Positions 9,206 through 18,603 of a DNA stretch of 64,000 nucleotides are shown here, piece after piece. A model generated the notes under the pieces. The model searched no databases. It saw nothing but the letters and a program-made list of their open reading frames with translations, and had not been told where the DNA came from. The DNA is from an uncultured Granulosicoccaceae bacterium (GTDB lineage: Bacteria > Pseudomonadota > Gammaproteobacteria > CALCKW01). The position numbers and the translations under genes are program-made. Location: NCBI GenBank assembly GCA_937965695.1, contig CALCKW010000007.1, positions 7,106 to 71,105 on the forward strand, given 5' to 3'. Numbering within the stretch: the stretch's first letter is position 1; each line of letters starts with the position of its first letter.

Positions 9206-10783
9206 ATGAACCTTGCCAAAAGCAAGTATTGGTTGCGTCTGGCAGCCTGGTTTAAGAAGGACAAGGCAATCGTCACCACCGCTGAGAGACACGACACTGC
9301 GCTGATCATACCGCGCAGACGACCTGCACCCAAGAAAGCCCTGCCCGCCACGGCTGCGGCTTGGTCTAAATGGATTCACGGCCTAGAACGCCTGCCCACG
9401 GGTGAGCGTGCGCGTTCGCTAAGTCAGCAGATCAAATTGTTCAACCGCTCCGAGTGCAAACCCGACGCACGATTGGCTGTGGCGAACAAGCTGCAAAGTT
9501 TCTGGCAAGAACGCCTCGGCGATCTCCTGCCAGTGTTTACTGCACAAGACTCTCCGATGACCGCAAATGCGGCACGCGCTTATCACGAATCTCTGAGCAT
9601 GCTGACGGAGCAAAGCTATTGCTTCATGGCCGCATTAGACGACGATGCCAGCCACAATCTATTGACCGATGTACAACGCACCTGGGCTTGCCTAGGCGGT
9701 ATTCGAGCGTTGCGCCAGAAAATAGAAATCTTATTAGACCGCTATCACACTATCCCTGTTGGTTTACTCGGCGATCTTTACAGCCTTTATCGGCTAGCAC
9801 GAAGAGGTGGTTACAACAATTTGCAGCTCAAAAACCACCCCGAGACTGTTGAACATGCCTTCAAACATGCTTTGATGCTGACAGTGGTTGACGCTTGGGG
9901 ATTGCGTCAGGGAGAACTTCGACGCTACAGTGAAAAATTACAACTCTGGTGCAAGGATGTCAGTTTACGCGACCGAGCCAACAAAAGCGGTACCGGCTGC
10001 TACGCCGTAGACCTAAACAGCGACAGCTTACCCGCCGCCTATGAGTTTAGCGACGTTGACCCAAACATTTTTTGGTTAGACACCAGCGAGTTACTCTCTC
10101 AATTGCAAATGAGTTGCGACAGTGCCGTGCGATCTGATGCCGATTCAGAAGCACCTCGCAGCCTTAGCACCGCGACACTAAATCACCTGCACCGCACCTG
10201 GCTGTCTCGACCAGTACGTATGAGCGCACGCGCGCACCGTGCAGATGCGGCTGCGCTTGAGATTGGTTTGAAAGACATTCACAGCCGAATGGAGCACGGT
10301 GTTCGATTTGGATTGCCGCCTAATCCAGAGTGGCAACTCAACAATCAAAGTACCGAAGGCCTAGGACTGATAAAAACTCGCGACACGGCACTACCGCTTC
10401 ATGTAGGAGAACTCGTCGCGGTCAGCGGCCTTAGCCGTGATGGAGGCAACTCAGTTCTACGCATTGGCACCACGCAGTGGTTGCGCTATGACATCGCCGG
10501 AGATCTGCGTTGCGGCATACACCTGATTGCTAATAATGCTCGACCCGTTATCGTCAGCCACAGCGTAGACGGTAGCGAGAACGCCCGCGTCAGCCATGAG
10601 TGCTTGTATGTCTCACCCGAACCCGGAATGGCTTACGCCACATTGATTGCCCCACCGCGTGATTTTGCGGCGGGACAAGTTATCGCTCTGCACCATAACG
10701 GACGAGCGGGAAAAAAATGGCGCCTGACCAGCCAGACACGCCACACAAATTCAGTCGCGTGTTATCGCATGGAACCCATTTAA
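9206..10783 (+). CDS. Hypothetical protein (525 aa)
   Basis: Long ORF with an ATG start and coding-like composition. No confident family. The C-terminal ~120 aa is beta-rich and possibly PilZ-like (weak). Convergent with the T4CP-like gene. Confidence 0.4.
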   Translation: MNLAKSKYWLRLAAWFKKDKAIVTTAERHDTALIIPRRRPAPKKALPATAAAWSKWIHGLERLPTGERARSLSQQIKLFNRSECKPDARLAVANKLQSFWQERLGDLLPVFTAQDSPMTANAARAYHESLSMLTEQSYCFMAALDDDASHNLLTDVQRTWACLGGIRALRQKIEILLDRYHTIPVGLLGDLYSLYRLARRGGYNNLQLKNHPETVEHAFKHALMLTVVDAWGLRQGELRRYSEKLQLWCKDVSLRDRANKSGTGCYAVDLNSDSLPAAYEFSDVDPNIFWLDTSELLSQLQMSCDSAVRSDADSEAPRSLSTATLNHLHRTWLSRPVRMSARAHRADAAALEIGLKDIHSRMEHGVRFGLPPNPEWQLNNQSTEGLGLIKTRDTALPLHVGELVAVSGLSRDGGNSVLRIGTTQWLRYDIAGDLRCGIHLIANNARPVIVSHSVDGSENARVSHECLYVSPEPGMAYATLIAPPRDFAAGQVIALHHNGRAGKKWRLTSQTRHTNSVACYRMEPI

Positions 10784-10789
10784 AGCCGG

Positions 10790-12310
10790 TTACCCACGAC
10801 GTCTGCGTTTCGCATCAAACAACACGATGTTGGCAGCAGGCGGAATCTTGAGCGATTGCGGTTCAAACAAATTAAGCTGGGTGTTTACACGCTTTAAATG
10901 CAGCCGGTTGTCGTCGAAGTGGTTTCTAAACATCGCATCGTTGAGATAGTCCACTTTCTTAAGAATTACCGTGCGCTTGCTACCCTCGTATAAAACCGCC
11001 AACTGGTCGCGCTCCAGCTCCAGTAGCATTTCGCCGTCGACATCCCCAAGTAAAGCTGCATAGTCATTGGCCACCCGCATGTTGCCAGGACCAAAGAGCT
11101 GCAAAGTTGCACAATTATTAAGCAACATTTCCCAGTCCTCGGCGTAGTTTTTTCGCAGTTGACTAAGGTCTTGCCAAAGTGTCCAAACCCGGACACCCAG
11201 CCCGCGCAGCATCGACATCGCCATCGGTAAAGTCTCCACACGGCCAATCGTTCCAGCTTCATCGATCAAGAACAGTGTTCGTTCGTCTGGTGCATGCCTA
11301 CGGGTAGCCAGCGCCATTGTCAGCGCACTGATCCAAAGCCGTAAAAGATTTTTGTGGGAGTGTAACTTGTGGCCAGGGACCACAAAATAAATCGTGAGAG
11401 ACTCGCCGTCGATAATGTGTTGCAACGGAAAACTCGAGAGATCCGTCGCCGCTCTTACAGATTCTGAGCCAAACAGCTGAACGTGATGTTGAGCAGACGA
11501 CTGCACTGATGGCCGAGTTGTGCCCTGCGCATGCTGAAGAAAAGCACTGAACTCCTGCTTAGCTAGCTTGCTTTTAACTTCACCACTGTCCAACAGCTGG
11601 ATTAAGAGCTCGCTAAAATCACTGTCATTGAACATATCCCTAAGTTGACTTATACAACACTTCTCTCTGTCACCACAGGTGGCCAGATGCGCGATCATAC
11701 CGGACAAGATCCCTTTGGCGGTTTCACTCCAAAATGCTTCCTTGTGACAAGATTCGTGACCAACAATCTCGTCAGCTAAACTCATCGCCGCATCGTCTAT
11801 CTCAACATCAGGCAAGAAGAGAATATCCATAGGATTAAACCCCGCAGTTACCTGCCCGCAAACCTTCCAAGGGTCGATACAAATCACTCGATGCCCCATC
11901 TCTTGGCGACGGCGCGATGTAATATGATGTAGTTCGCCTTTGGCATCCATCACAATCATCGGGCCGGTGAACTCTAACAATGCAGGCACAGCGGCACCTC
12001 GAGTTTTACCGGATCCAGTAGGTGCGATGGTTATTAAATGCCCTTCACCGCCCACTTCAAGCAATTCAGGTCTTTGAGGCGATTTTTTTTGGAGATCTTG
12101 GGTGAAGCCTAAGCCACCCCCCGTTTGAGGGATAGTCCAGCCGAGGGGGAGTTCGTCAACAACAAAGGGATATTCATTTTCTTGCACAGTCGTATTCCTT
12201 ATCGGGTGAGTGAGGATACTTAGTGAATGATGCTGGAGGTGTGAGCAATCGCTGGAGCGCCACCTTTGACGATAAACAGCAAAAGCAAACATCTCTAACT
12301 CAGCAATCAC
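10790..12310 (-). CDS. Soluble TraG/VirD4-like type IV coupling protein (T4CP) family ATPase lacking the N-terminal TM domain
   Basis: Walker A HLITIAPTGSGKTRGAAVPALLEFTGPMIVMDAKGEL...RVICIDPW is the TraG/VirD4 signature. Walker B is LFLIDEAGTIGRV. No hydrophobic N-terminus. The start may be GTG 12310 or the RBS-preceded GTG at 12187. Confidence 0.7.
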   Translation of the reverse strand: MIAELEMFAFAVYRQRWRSSDCSHLQHHSLSILTHPIRNTTVQENEYPFVVDELPLGWTIPQTGGGLGFTQDLQKKSPQRPELLEVGGEGHLITIAPTGSGKTRGAAVPALLEFTGPMIVMDAKGELHHITSRRRQEMGHRVICIDPWKVCGQVTAGFNPMDILFLPDVEIDDAAMSLADEIVGHESCHKEAFWSETAKGILSGMIAHLATCGDREKCCISQLRDMFNDSDFSELLIQLLDSGEVKSKLAKQEFSAFLQHAQGTTRPSVQSSAQHHVQLFGSESVRAATDLSSFPLQHIIDGESLTIYFVVPGHKLHSHKNLLRLWISALTMALATRRHAPDERTLFLIDEAGTIGRVETLPMAMSMLRGLGVRVWTLWQDLSQLRKNYAEDWEMLLNNCATLQLFGPGNMRVANDYAALLGDVDGEMLLELERDQLAVLYEGSKRTVILKKVDYLNDAMFRNHFDDNRLHLKRVNTQLNLFEPQSLKIPPAANIVLFDAKRRRRG

Positions 12311-12908
12311 CTACTGCCTTGTGGGCAGGGATCACATCATCACCCTATAAATAATTTAGGCAAGCATTTTTTACCCTTTAAATACAGGTGCGCCCCCGTG
12401 CTTTATCACTTGGTAAGATAAATACATCAAGTATGTTGACTTATAACACTAGATTTAATTACATCTATGGCCCTTTGCGATGATAGAAATTCTGTACAAT
12501 TCAAATCTTTGCTGAACTCTTATGAGAGTTAATGGAGAAAAAGACTATTCTGATAATCTAAGAAATCACAAACATTACATTTTTGTTATATTTGACATTA
12601 GGACACCGCGAGCTTTCTCTTGTAGAAACCCGGAGGCTTTTATATCCAGCTACACGACCTGAGACTCAGATCAAAAAGCCAGAGCTGCAATATAGAAACA
12701 ATGAATTTTCGAAGAATGGATAAAAAGTACTGATGGGACAGTCGCAGCGCTTTCACGACATGTAGTATTACACGGCCTCAGAGAAAATTTACAACAAGAG
12801 AACCAAGCGATCTAAGGAAGTTTTTATGCCCAATGCGCTTGTCGTATTGAAGCATTGCAAGGTCAAAGCAAGAAAGAAAAATCCGGCCTCATTCAAGAGA
12901 TGGGAGTT

Positions 12909-13688
12909 TTATGTCAGCTGTTGTCGATGTTGTTTTACCCAGCTACGCACTTGCCCCAGCAGGTTTTCAGCAGCATAACGTCCAGCAATACCTTCAGCCA
13001 GTTGATGAGTCACCCCTTGACGGCGAAACACCAAGGAATAATATTCGTGGCCTTTCTCATCGTAGCCCAGTGTCTCTGAAGTGCGCTTAGTGAATATGCG
13101 TTCCGCTTCTGGCAATTCGACACTTTGCTGATACAGCGGTTTATCAAAAAAACTGCGTCTGACTCGGACCTCGTCATCAGCCATATAAACCTCTAAACGA
13201 AGACCCCAAGACCAGAAACCCAACCAGAGAAAAATAAGACCCGCGGCGCTAGATAGCCCACCGAAAAGCCAAAACAACGACCCTGCAACAACAGCATAGT
13301 TGAAGAAATAGACCCCACTTCCTAACAACATCAACCCCATAAAGAGCATGCACAACGATGAAGATAGAAGCCAGCCAGACCGGCTAACCAATTGGAGCGA
13401 ATGGCGGTCGCTGTCCAATGAGATTCGTTCAACTGCAACAGACTCTGTCCTAGCTGACGATTGGACCTCGCATGCTGCACTACACCGCTCTGATGTGGCG
13501 GTTGGATGACTCTTGAAAGCAGATTCAAAATGACGCCAGAGTTGCCGGATCACTCTATTTGAATCACCGATAACGGTGTTAACTGACAAACCGGCAGCTA
13601 AGCCCGCCACAATTTTAGATTTTGACTTCAGCCCATATTGAAGCTTTGTCGCCCAGTTTCCAGTCATGCAAATGCTCTCGTGATCCAA
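12909..13688 (-). CDS. Membrane protein with 2 TM helices plus a C-terminal cytoplasmic domain, paralogous to the C-terminus of the 15037..16806 product
   Basis: Residues ~90-259 (ISLDSDRHSLQLVSRSG...WSWGLRLEVYMADDEVRVRRSFFDKPLYQ...EYYSLV...IAEGIAGRYAAENLL) align with the 589-aa protein C-terminus (ISLISDSDALQLISRSG...WSWGRKLEVVMQADELWLVRSLFGKALYQ...EYFALV...IAESIEGRHAAEALL). Confidence 0.5.
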   Translation of the reverse strand: MDHESICMTGNWATKLQYGLKSKSKIVAGLAAGLSVNTVIGDSNRVIRQLWRHFESAFKSHPTATSERCSAACEVQSSARTESVAVERISLDSDRHSLQLVSRSGWLLSSSLCMLFMGLMLLGSGVYFFNYAVVAGSLFWLFGGLSSAAGLIFLWLGFWSWGLRLEVYMADDEVRVRRSFFDKPLYQQSVELPEAERIFTKRTSETLGYDEKGHEYYSLVFRRQGVTHQLAEGIAGRYAAENLLGQVRSWVKQHRQQLT

Positions 13689-13753
13689 ATCATTCTTGGA
13701 AACACTATCAGCTCAAAACATGCCACTAGTTTCATAGTTCAGCGAAAATTCTA

Positions 13754-14389
13754 TCAATCCAGCAAGCTACTCCAATCTAGTGGGCTATTGAACCAATACT
13801 CAGGCGAGTTGGCTTGTAACTCAGACCGAGAGCCATGACCCCAAAGCACTGCACCTGCAGCGATACCATTTTTGTGCGCTGCTTGTAAATCGACACCGCG
13901 ATCACCAATCATTAAGGCATTCCTGTCGATCCCACCCGCGGTGAGCAACGCTTCAATTTGCATCCACTTACGTACTCCAATACCTCCACCACTGACAAAT
14001 TCAAAGAAGTGCTGGAGATCAAACAGCTGTAGAACCATTCTCGCTGTGCGTTCAGGCTTTGAGGTGCACACCGCCAGTCGCTGACCATGCTGCTTAAGCA
14101 GCTCCAAGCTTTCTCTGATTTCCGGGTAGAGCGTATTTTCCTTGAAACCCACGTCTAAATAGCGTTCGCGGTACTTGGCAACCATCGACGCAATTAACGC
14201 CGTATCACTGCTCCCTATCAAGTCACCAAGGCTCTCTTCTAGGGGTGGCCCAATGTAGACAGACAGATCCGCTTCATTCCGTGGATTAAACCCATAGAAT
14301 TCAAGCGCAAAGTTGAATGAACGGGCAATTCCCACTAAGGGATCACTCAGCGTTCCATCTAAGTCAAAGAGCAGGGTATTGAAGGCCAC
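13754..14389 (-). CDS. HAD-IA family hydrolase (phosphoglycolate phosphatase-like)
   Basis: Motif I is FDLDGTL. Also carries the Ser/Thr motif II, K...GDRGVD motif III and a cap domain. Confidence 0.7.
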   Translation of the reverse strand: MAFNTLLFDLDGTLSDPLVGIARSFNFALEFYGFNPRNEADLSVYIGPPLEESLGDLIGSSDTALIASMVAKYRERYLDVGFKENTLYPEIRESLELLKQHGQRLAVCTSKPERTARMVLQLFDLQHFFEFVSGGGIGVRKWMQIEALLTAGGIDRNALMIGDRGVDLQAAHKNGIAAGAVLWGHGSRSELQANSPEYWFNSPLDWSSLLD

Positions 14390-14419
14390 TATAGAATTTG
14401 GCCCGTGAGGATTGTCTGA

Positions 14420-14857
14420 CTATTCATCCGGTTGCCGAGAACCAGCTATAGCAATAACTCCCGTGTCAGGCCACTCGCCATAACTGTTCATTTGGCGCGT
14501 GGGTTCGTCCCAACTTGCACGGTGATCCATGAAAATATGCGCAGAAGGTGATTGCTCAAAATCTGAATCTAACGAACCTAGCCGGACTCGAACAAAAGGT
14601 GGATCATCACCCACCTTGGTAAACAGGGGGCTGCCACAACTTTTACAAAAGTGCCGTCGTTTTCCGGGCGATGATTCGTAAATACCAATATTGTCTTCAC
14701 CGTGTTGAATCTGCAACTCACTTGTCGGCACAGAAATGTTGGCGCCAAAAGCACTGCCCGAGGCTTTTCGACAACTGCGGCAGTGGCAGTAGACAAAATC
14801 ACCGACAGAGCGCGGGAAACTAAACTGAACCGCTTTACACAAACAAGAAGCTTCCAT
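14420..14857 (-). CDS. GFA/CENP-V family zinc-binding protein (glutathione-dependent formaldehyde-activating enzyme-like)
   Basis: CLC...CHCRSCRK...CKSCGSPLF cysteine pattern is typical of the GFA fold. Confidence 0.65.
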   Translation of the reverse strand: MEASCLCKAVQFSFPRSVGDFVYCHCRSCRKASGSAFGANISVPTSELQIQHGEDNIGIYESSPGKRRHFCKSCGSPLFTKVGDDPPFVRVRLGSLDSDFEQSPSAHIFMDHRASWDEPTRQMNSYGEWPDTGVIAIAGSRQPDE

Positions 14858-15036
14858 CGCATTGACTCACTCGTGGAGAAACCAGAGCACCAGCTTGCCA
14901 TAGACGGACTAGCCATGAAACACAATGGCGACATAGAGTGCCTAGACAACAGACTGGGCGGATCTGCCGTTTCTCCGAATTGTGCGAGCGCCCTTAAGCT
15001 TAACCGCACCTTGCCACACCACTTCGTTGTGGAGGA

Positions 15037-16806
15037 TCACACGGTGTCCGCTTCACGGTCAGGTTCGCGTGAATGCTGAGACCGTATCCATGCTTGGATT
15101 TCTGCTAAAAGCGCTTCAGCTGCATGGCGGCCTTCTATGCTTTCAGCAATTTTTTGCTTTTTGCCGTTGGCGTGTGAAACCAAGGCGAAGTATTCTACGG
15201 TCTTCTGACCTGAAGCGGTTGAAGTCATGATGCTTTTGGCTTGTATGTCATCGGCACCAGGCAAGGGCAAAGTACGCTGGTACAACGCTTTGCCAAACAA
15301 ACTGCGAACAAGCCACAACTCGTCTGCCTGCATAACAACTTCAAGTTTCCGGCCCCATGACCAAATACCACCCCAAACGATCAACGATCCAATTAAACTA
15401 AAAACAATACCGATAAACCAACTTCCGGAGTCGCCAACCCAGGCAAAGTACACTAGAGCAAATCCGATCGAAGCAAAGATTCCGCCTATACCGCTGAACA
15501 CAAGCGCATTGGATGTGTTACGACCAGATCGACTGATTAGCTGCAGTGCATCAGAATCGCTGATTAGTGAGATCTGCTCGTTGGCGCTGGATTTAGCATC
15601 TGCTTGTTTTCGTTCTTTTGCTTGTGCTCTAAAAGTGGCTGAACCAATATCCGCTGTTTTAGCGACACCTTGAATCACCGGCACTTCCCAAGTGCGTTTG
15701 AAAGGCTGGCTATCGCCGTTGACAGAGAACTCTCCTTCGGCACGCAGCAACCACTGTATTTTGGTGCGACCTTCAACATCTGTCGCAGGCAGTTCATTGG
15801 GCACATCAAAACAAAAAGTGTGCTTACTTCCAGCCGCGCCTCTCTCCGCAAATGCTTGTTGATGATCCTGCCAGATTAAGCTGCGATGCGAAGACTTACG
15901 ACCACGGGTGATTTTTACACACTCGAGGTGCACCATAAGCACTTGGTTTGAGCTGTCAGCCGAAACGTCAAAAGAACCACCAACCTGCCCGCCAGCACAA
16001 CCGGGCAAAGGGTCCGCCTTTAGCAGAGCAGGGCCAAAAAGCCGTAGATTTTTTACTGTTTTAAATCCGTGGTATAAAAAGCCTAAGCCGATTAAAGGAA
16101 CCATCAAAACAAACAAAATCGCATGTTTACCTTTTGCAACTTCAGCTGGCATCAGCATAAGTAAAGGCACAGAAACCAGCAAAATAAACGCTGCGATAAA
16201 GAAAAAAACCTTGCCGATAAAACCTTCTTGAGGCTTTATACCCTCAGCAAATTGCTCCAACGGCTGCGGATGAATTGTTTTACGTGTAGAAAGCCACATC
16301 ACACCGCAACCAGCGCCACCAAAGATCAGCAAGAACACGACGCCGATGATCGCTTTAAACCAACGAAAGCTTCGGTCTAGCAGAGCTTCTTGGGGATCAC
16401 TCGGATTTACCCATGCTTGCAATTCAGATCGACTCGATTTATTGCGAACTTGTGATTCCAACTGGCGCCAGTAGTCTTCATCACTGTCAAAACTGTCGTC
16501 AAGAGTAATTTGGGAACCCACGTACTGAGCACCCCGAAACTGATAACTGTAAGAGGCTCTGAGGCTATAGACCCGAGTTGTTTTACCATCACTGCGATGC
16601 AGCTCACTGTCGCGCTGGATCGACATCAAAGAGGTCGGCACCGCTTGCCATGATGCACTGCCAAAATAACCGACGACTTGAGGTCCAGAGATAAACACGC
16701 AGGCCAGCAAGCCCGCCAAAACGAAGATAGCGCCGAAAATAACACCACCATTTAACCAAGAACGTTTAGCTTTCGAGCTCTGCTGATCCATTACACCGCG
16801 CCTCAT
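15037..16806 (-). CDS. Multi-domain membrane protein: N-terminal DUF3592 domain, central TM/beta-rich region, and a C-terminal 2-TM + cytoplasmic module shared with the 12909..13688 product
   Basis: The N-terminus has TM-beta-domain-TM with AWVNPSDPQEALL, which is DUF3592-like. The C-terminal ~180 aa is paralogous to the neighbouring 259-aa protein. Confidence 0.6.
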   Translation of the reverse strand: MRRGVMDQQSSKAKRSWLNGGVIFGAIFVLAGLLACVFISGPQVVGYFGSASWQAVPTSLMSIQRDSELHRSDGKTTRVYSLRASYSYQFRGAQYVGSQITLDDSFDSDEDYWRQLESQVRNKSSRSELQAWVNPSDPQEALLDRSFRWFKAIIGVVFLLIFGGAGCGVMWLSTRKTIHPQPLEQFAEGIKPQEGFIGKVFFFIAAFILLVSVPLLMLMPAEVAKGKHAILFVLMVPLIGLGFLYHGFKTVKNLRLFGPALLKADPLPGCAGGQVGGSFDVSADSSNQVLMVHLECVKITRGRKSSHRSLIWQDHQQAFAERGAAGSKHTFCFDVPNELPATDVEGRTKIQWLLRAEGEFSVNGDSQPFKRTWEVPVIQGVAKTADIGSATFRAQAKERKQADAKSSANEQISLISDSDALQLISRSGRNTSNALVFSGIGGIFASIGFALVYFAWVGDSGSWFIGIVFSLIGSLIVWGGIWSWGRKLEVVMQADELWLVRSLFGKALYQRTLPLPGADDIQAKSIMTSTASGQKTVEYFALVSHANGKKQKIAESIEGRHAAEALLAEIQAWIRSQHSREPDREADTV

Positions 16807-16911
16807 GACGATAAGTCTGATGCGCAGTTAATAGCGGTATTCGTGCCTATCGAACCCACGCTGTCCGTTAAAAGCTGTCATGTTGGTCACCTCATGCAAC
16901 CAGTAAATCTT

Positions 16912-17005
16912 CTAGGGAGCTTCAGATTTAGTTCGGTCAGTGACTTTGGTGTGAAAAATTTGGACCCAGCAAGGCGCTAACATGACTTGATCTGAGGTTC
17001 CCTAG
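16912..17005. mobile_element. MITE-like intergenic repeat, copy B (94 bp) with 9-bp TIRs
   Basis: CTAGGGAGC ... GTTCCCTAG, 8 of 9 bases complementary. The internal sequence is homologous to copy A at 5723-5891 without the ~70-bp insert. Confidence 0.5.
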
Positions 17006-17046
17006 TATCTCCACCAAAAAGCTACTGCGTTATCTAAGGCCGCGTT

Positions 17047-18465
17047 TCAACCCCTCTCTGAGTGCCTCTGCAGCAAAGTCCACAGGGCTTCTAGGTGTTC
17101 TCGTTCGGTGGCTTCCACCCCAACAGATACCCGCACCATCCAGTTACCGCCCAACATACTCGGTGACATAAAGGCTTCGCCACTGTCGTTGATTTCACCC
17201 ACCCAGCGCAGCGTGTGCCTATCCAGCGCCTCACCCGATAGCTTTCCGCCAGGGTTATGCCGAATGGCCAGAGTTTGCAGTGTCAACGGGGTAAGCATTT
17301 CCCAATCTGGATGTGCTGCCACTTGATCGGCAAGCCAACGGGCATTTTGCAAATCGCGTCGCAATCTCTTGCGCAGCGCGTCAGGACCATCCAGCGCAAG
17401 ATGAAACCAGAGCTTCAAGGCACGAAAGCGACGACCCAAAGGAATGCCCCAATCACGATACTGAGTGACTTCTCCGTCAGTACTGCCACGTAAGTAGCTT
17501 GGATTTGTGGACAACACTTGCTGCAAATGATCGGTGTCACGGACGTAAAAAAGAGAGCAGTCGAGTATAGTGCCCAGCCATTTGTGCGGGTTCCAAGCCA
17601 TCGAATCAGCACGCTCAACGCCTTGCCACAGGTGTCGGCACTCGGGCAATAACATGGCGCTGCCCGCCATGGCCGCATCAACATGCAACCAGATATTTTG
17701 CTCTGCACAAACATCGGCAATCTCATCAATAGAATCAAATGCCGTGACTGCAGTAGAGCCTGAGCAGGCGACGACGCAAGCAGGGGTCATGCCTGCTGTA
17801 GTGTCTTCACGTATGCAACGAGCCAAAGCTGAGACGTCCATCGCATGGGTTTGCGGATCAACGTCCACCATCACCAAGTTTGAATCACCTATGCCCGCCA
17901 TTTGCACGGCCTTAGCGACAGACGAATGTGCCTGTGCTGTGGTGTATACCCGCAAGGGCGATTTGAGTGCCTGCAATCCCCCTGCGTTTTTGCACAGTTT
18001 GCTGGCGCGCTCGCGCGCGAGCAATATACCCACCAGACAAGCCGAAGAAGCCGTGTCGTGAATGGTGCCCTGCCATTGCTCCGACAGTCCAGTAAGCTCG
18101 CGCATCCAGTCGCAGGTGACTTCTTCTACTTCCGTTAGCGCCGGGCAACTCTCCCAGCTGATGCCAAGTGTGCCCATACCGGCGCAGGCGATGTCTCCCA
18201 ATACCGAAGCGGGACTTGCATTTGAAGGGAACCAGCCATAGTGCATAGGGTGCTGTACTTGTGTCACACCCGGCACCACCACGGTATCGAGCGCTTGCAG
18301 CAGACTTTGCATAGATTGCGGCTGGTCGGGCAACGGTGGCATATTCTTGCTGACCTCACCCGGGCCAACTTGCGCAAGCACCGGTCGCTCTGGAACGGAT
18401 AGGCGGTAGTCTGCAATCCAGTCTATAAGCTGGTGGCCTGCTTCGCGAAAGCTCTCGTTGTCCAC
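17047..18465 (-). CDS. Pyridoxal-phosphate-dependent aromatic-L-amino-acid (tyrosine/tryptophan-type) decarboxylase, group II
   Basis: 472 aa. HYGWFPSNASPASVLGDI..., the SSACLVG region and the Lys-containing PLP region are typical of DDC/TDC family decarboxylases. Confidence 0.85.
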   Translation of the reverse strand: MDNESFREAGHQLIDWIADYRLSVPERPVLAQVGPGEVSKNMPPLPDQPQSMQSLLQALDTVVVPGVTQVQHPMHYGWFPSNASPASVLGDIACAGMGTLGISWESCPALTEVEEVTCDWMRELTGLSEQWQGTIHDTASSACLVGILLARERASKLCKNAGGLQALKSPLRVYTTAQAHSSVAKAVQMAGIGDSNLVMVDVDPQTHAMDVSALARCIREDTTAGMTPACVVACSGSTAVTAFDSIDEIADVCAEQNIWLHVDAAMAGSAMLLPECRHLWQGVERADSMAWNPHKWLGTILDCSLFYVRDTDHLQQVLSTNPSYLRGSTDGEVTQYRDWGIPLGRRFRALKLWFHLALDGPDALRKRLRRDLQNARWLADQVAAHPDWEMLTPLTLQTLAIRHNPGGKLSGEALDRHTLRWVGEINDSGEAFMSPSMLGGNWMVRVSVGVEATEREHLEALWTLLQRHSERG

Positions 18466-18603
18466 GCAAGTCTCCTCAATAAGGTGGTTCCCCTACAATT
18501 TAACACGTTAAGGACTTTTGGAAAACCTGCCAAATACTTCCGTATACGAGGCCGCAAACGCTCGCAGCTCAAGCAACATCTGCAAAGTTGGCTAGCTCGA
18601 GGT

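Noticed and set aside
14578-15079. Overlapping ORFs 14578..15009 (-) and 14702..15079 (+) across the GFA gene
   Set aside because: Alternative frames of the GFA gene region. The GFA frame carries the diagnostic Cys motifs, and the others have no support.
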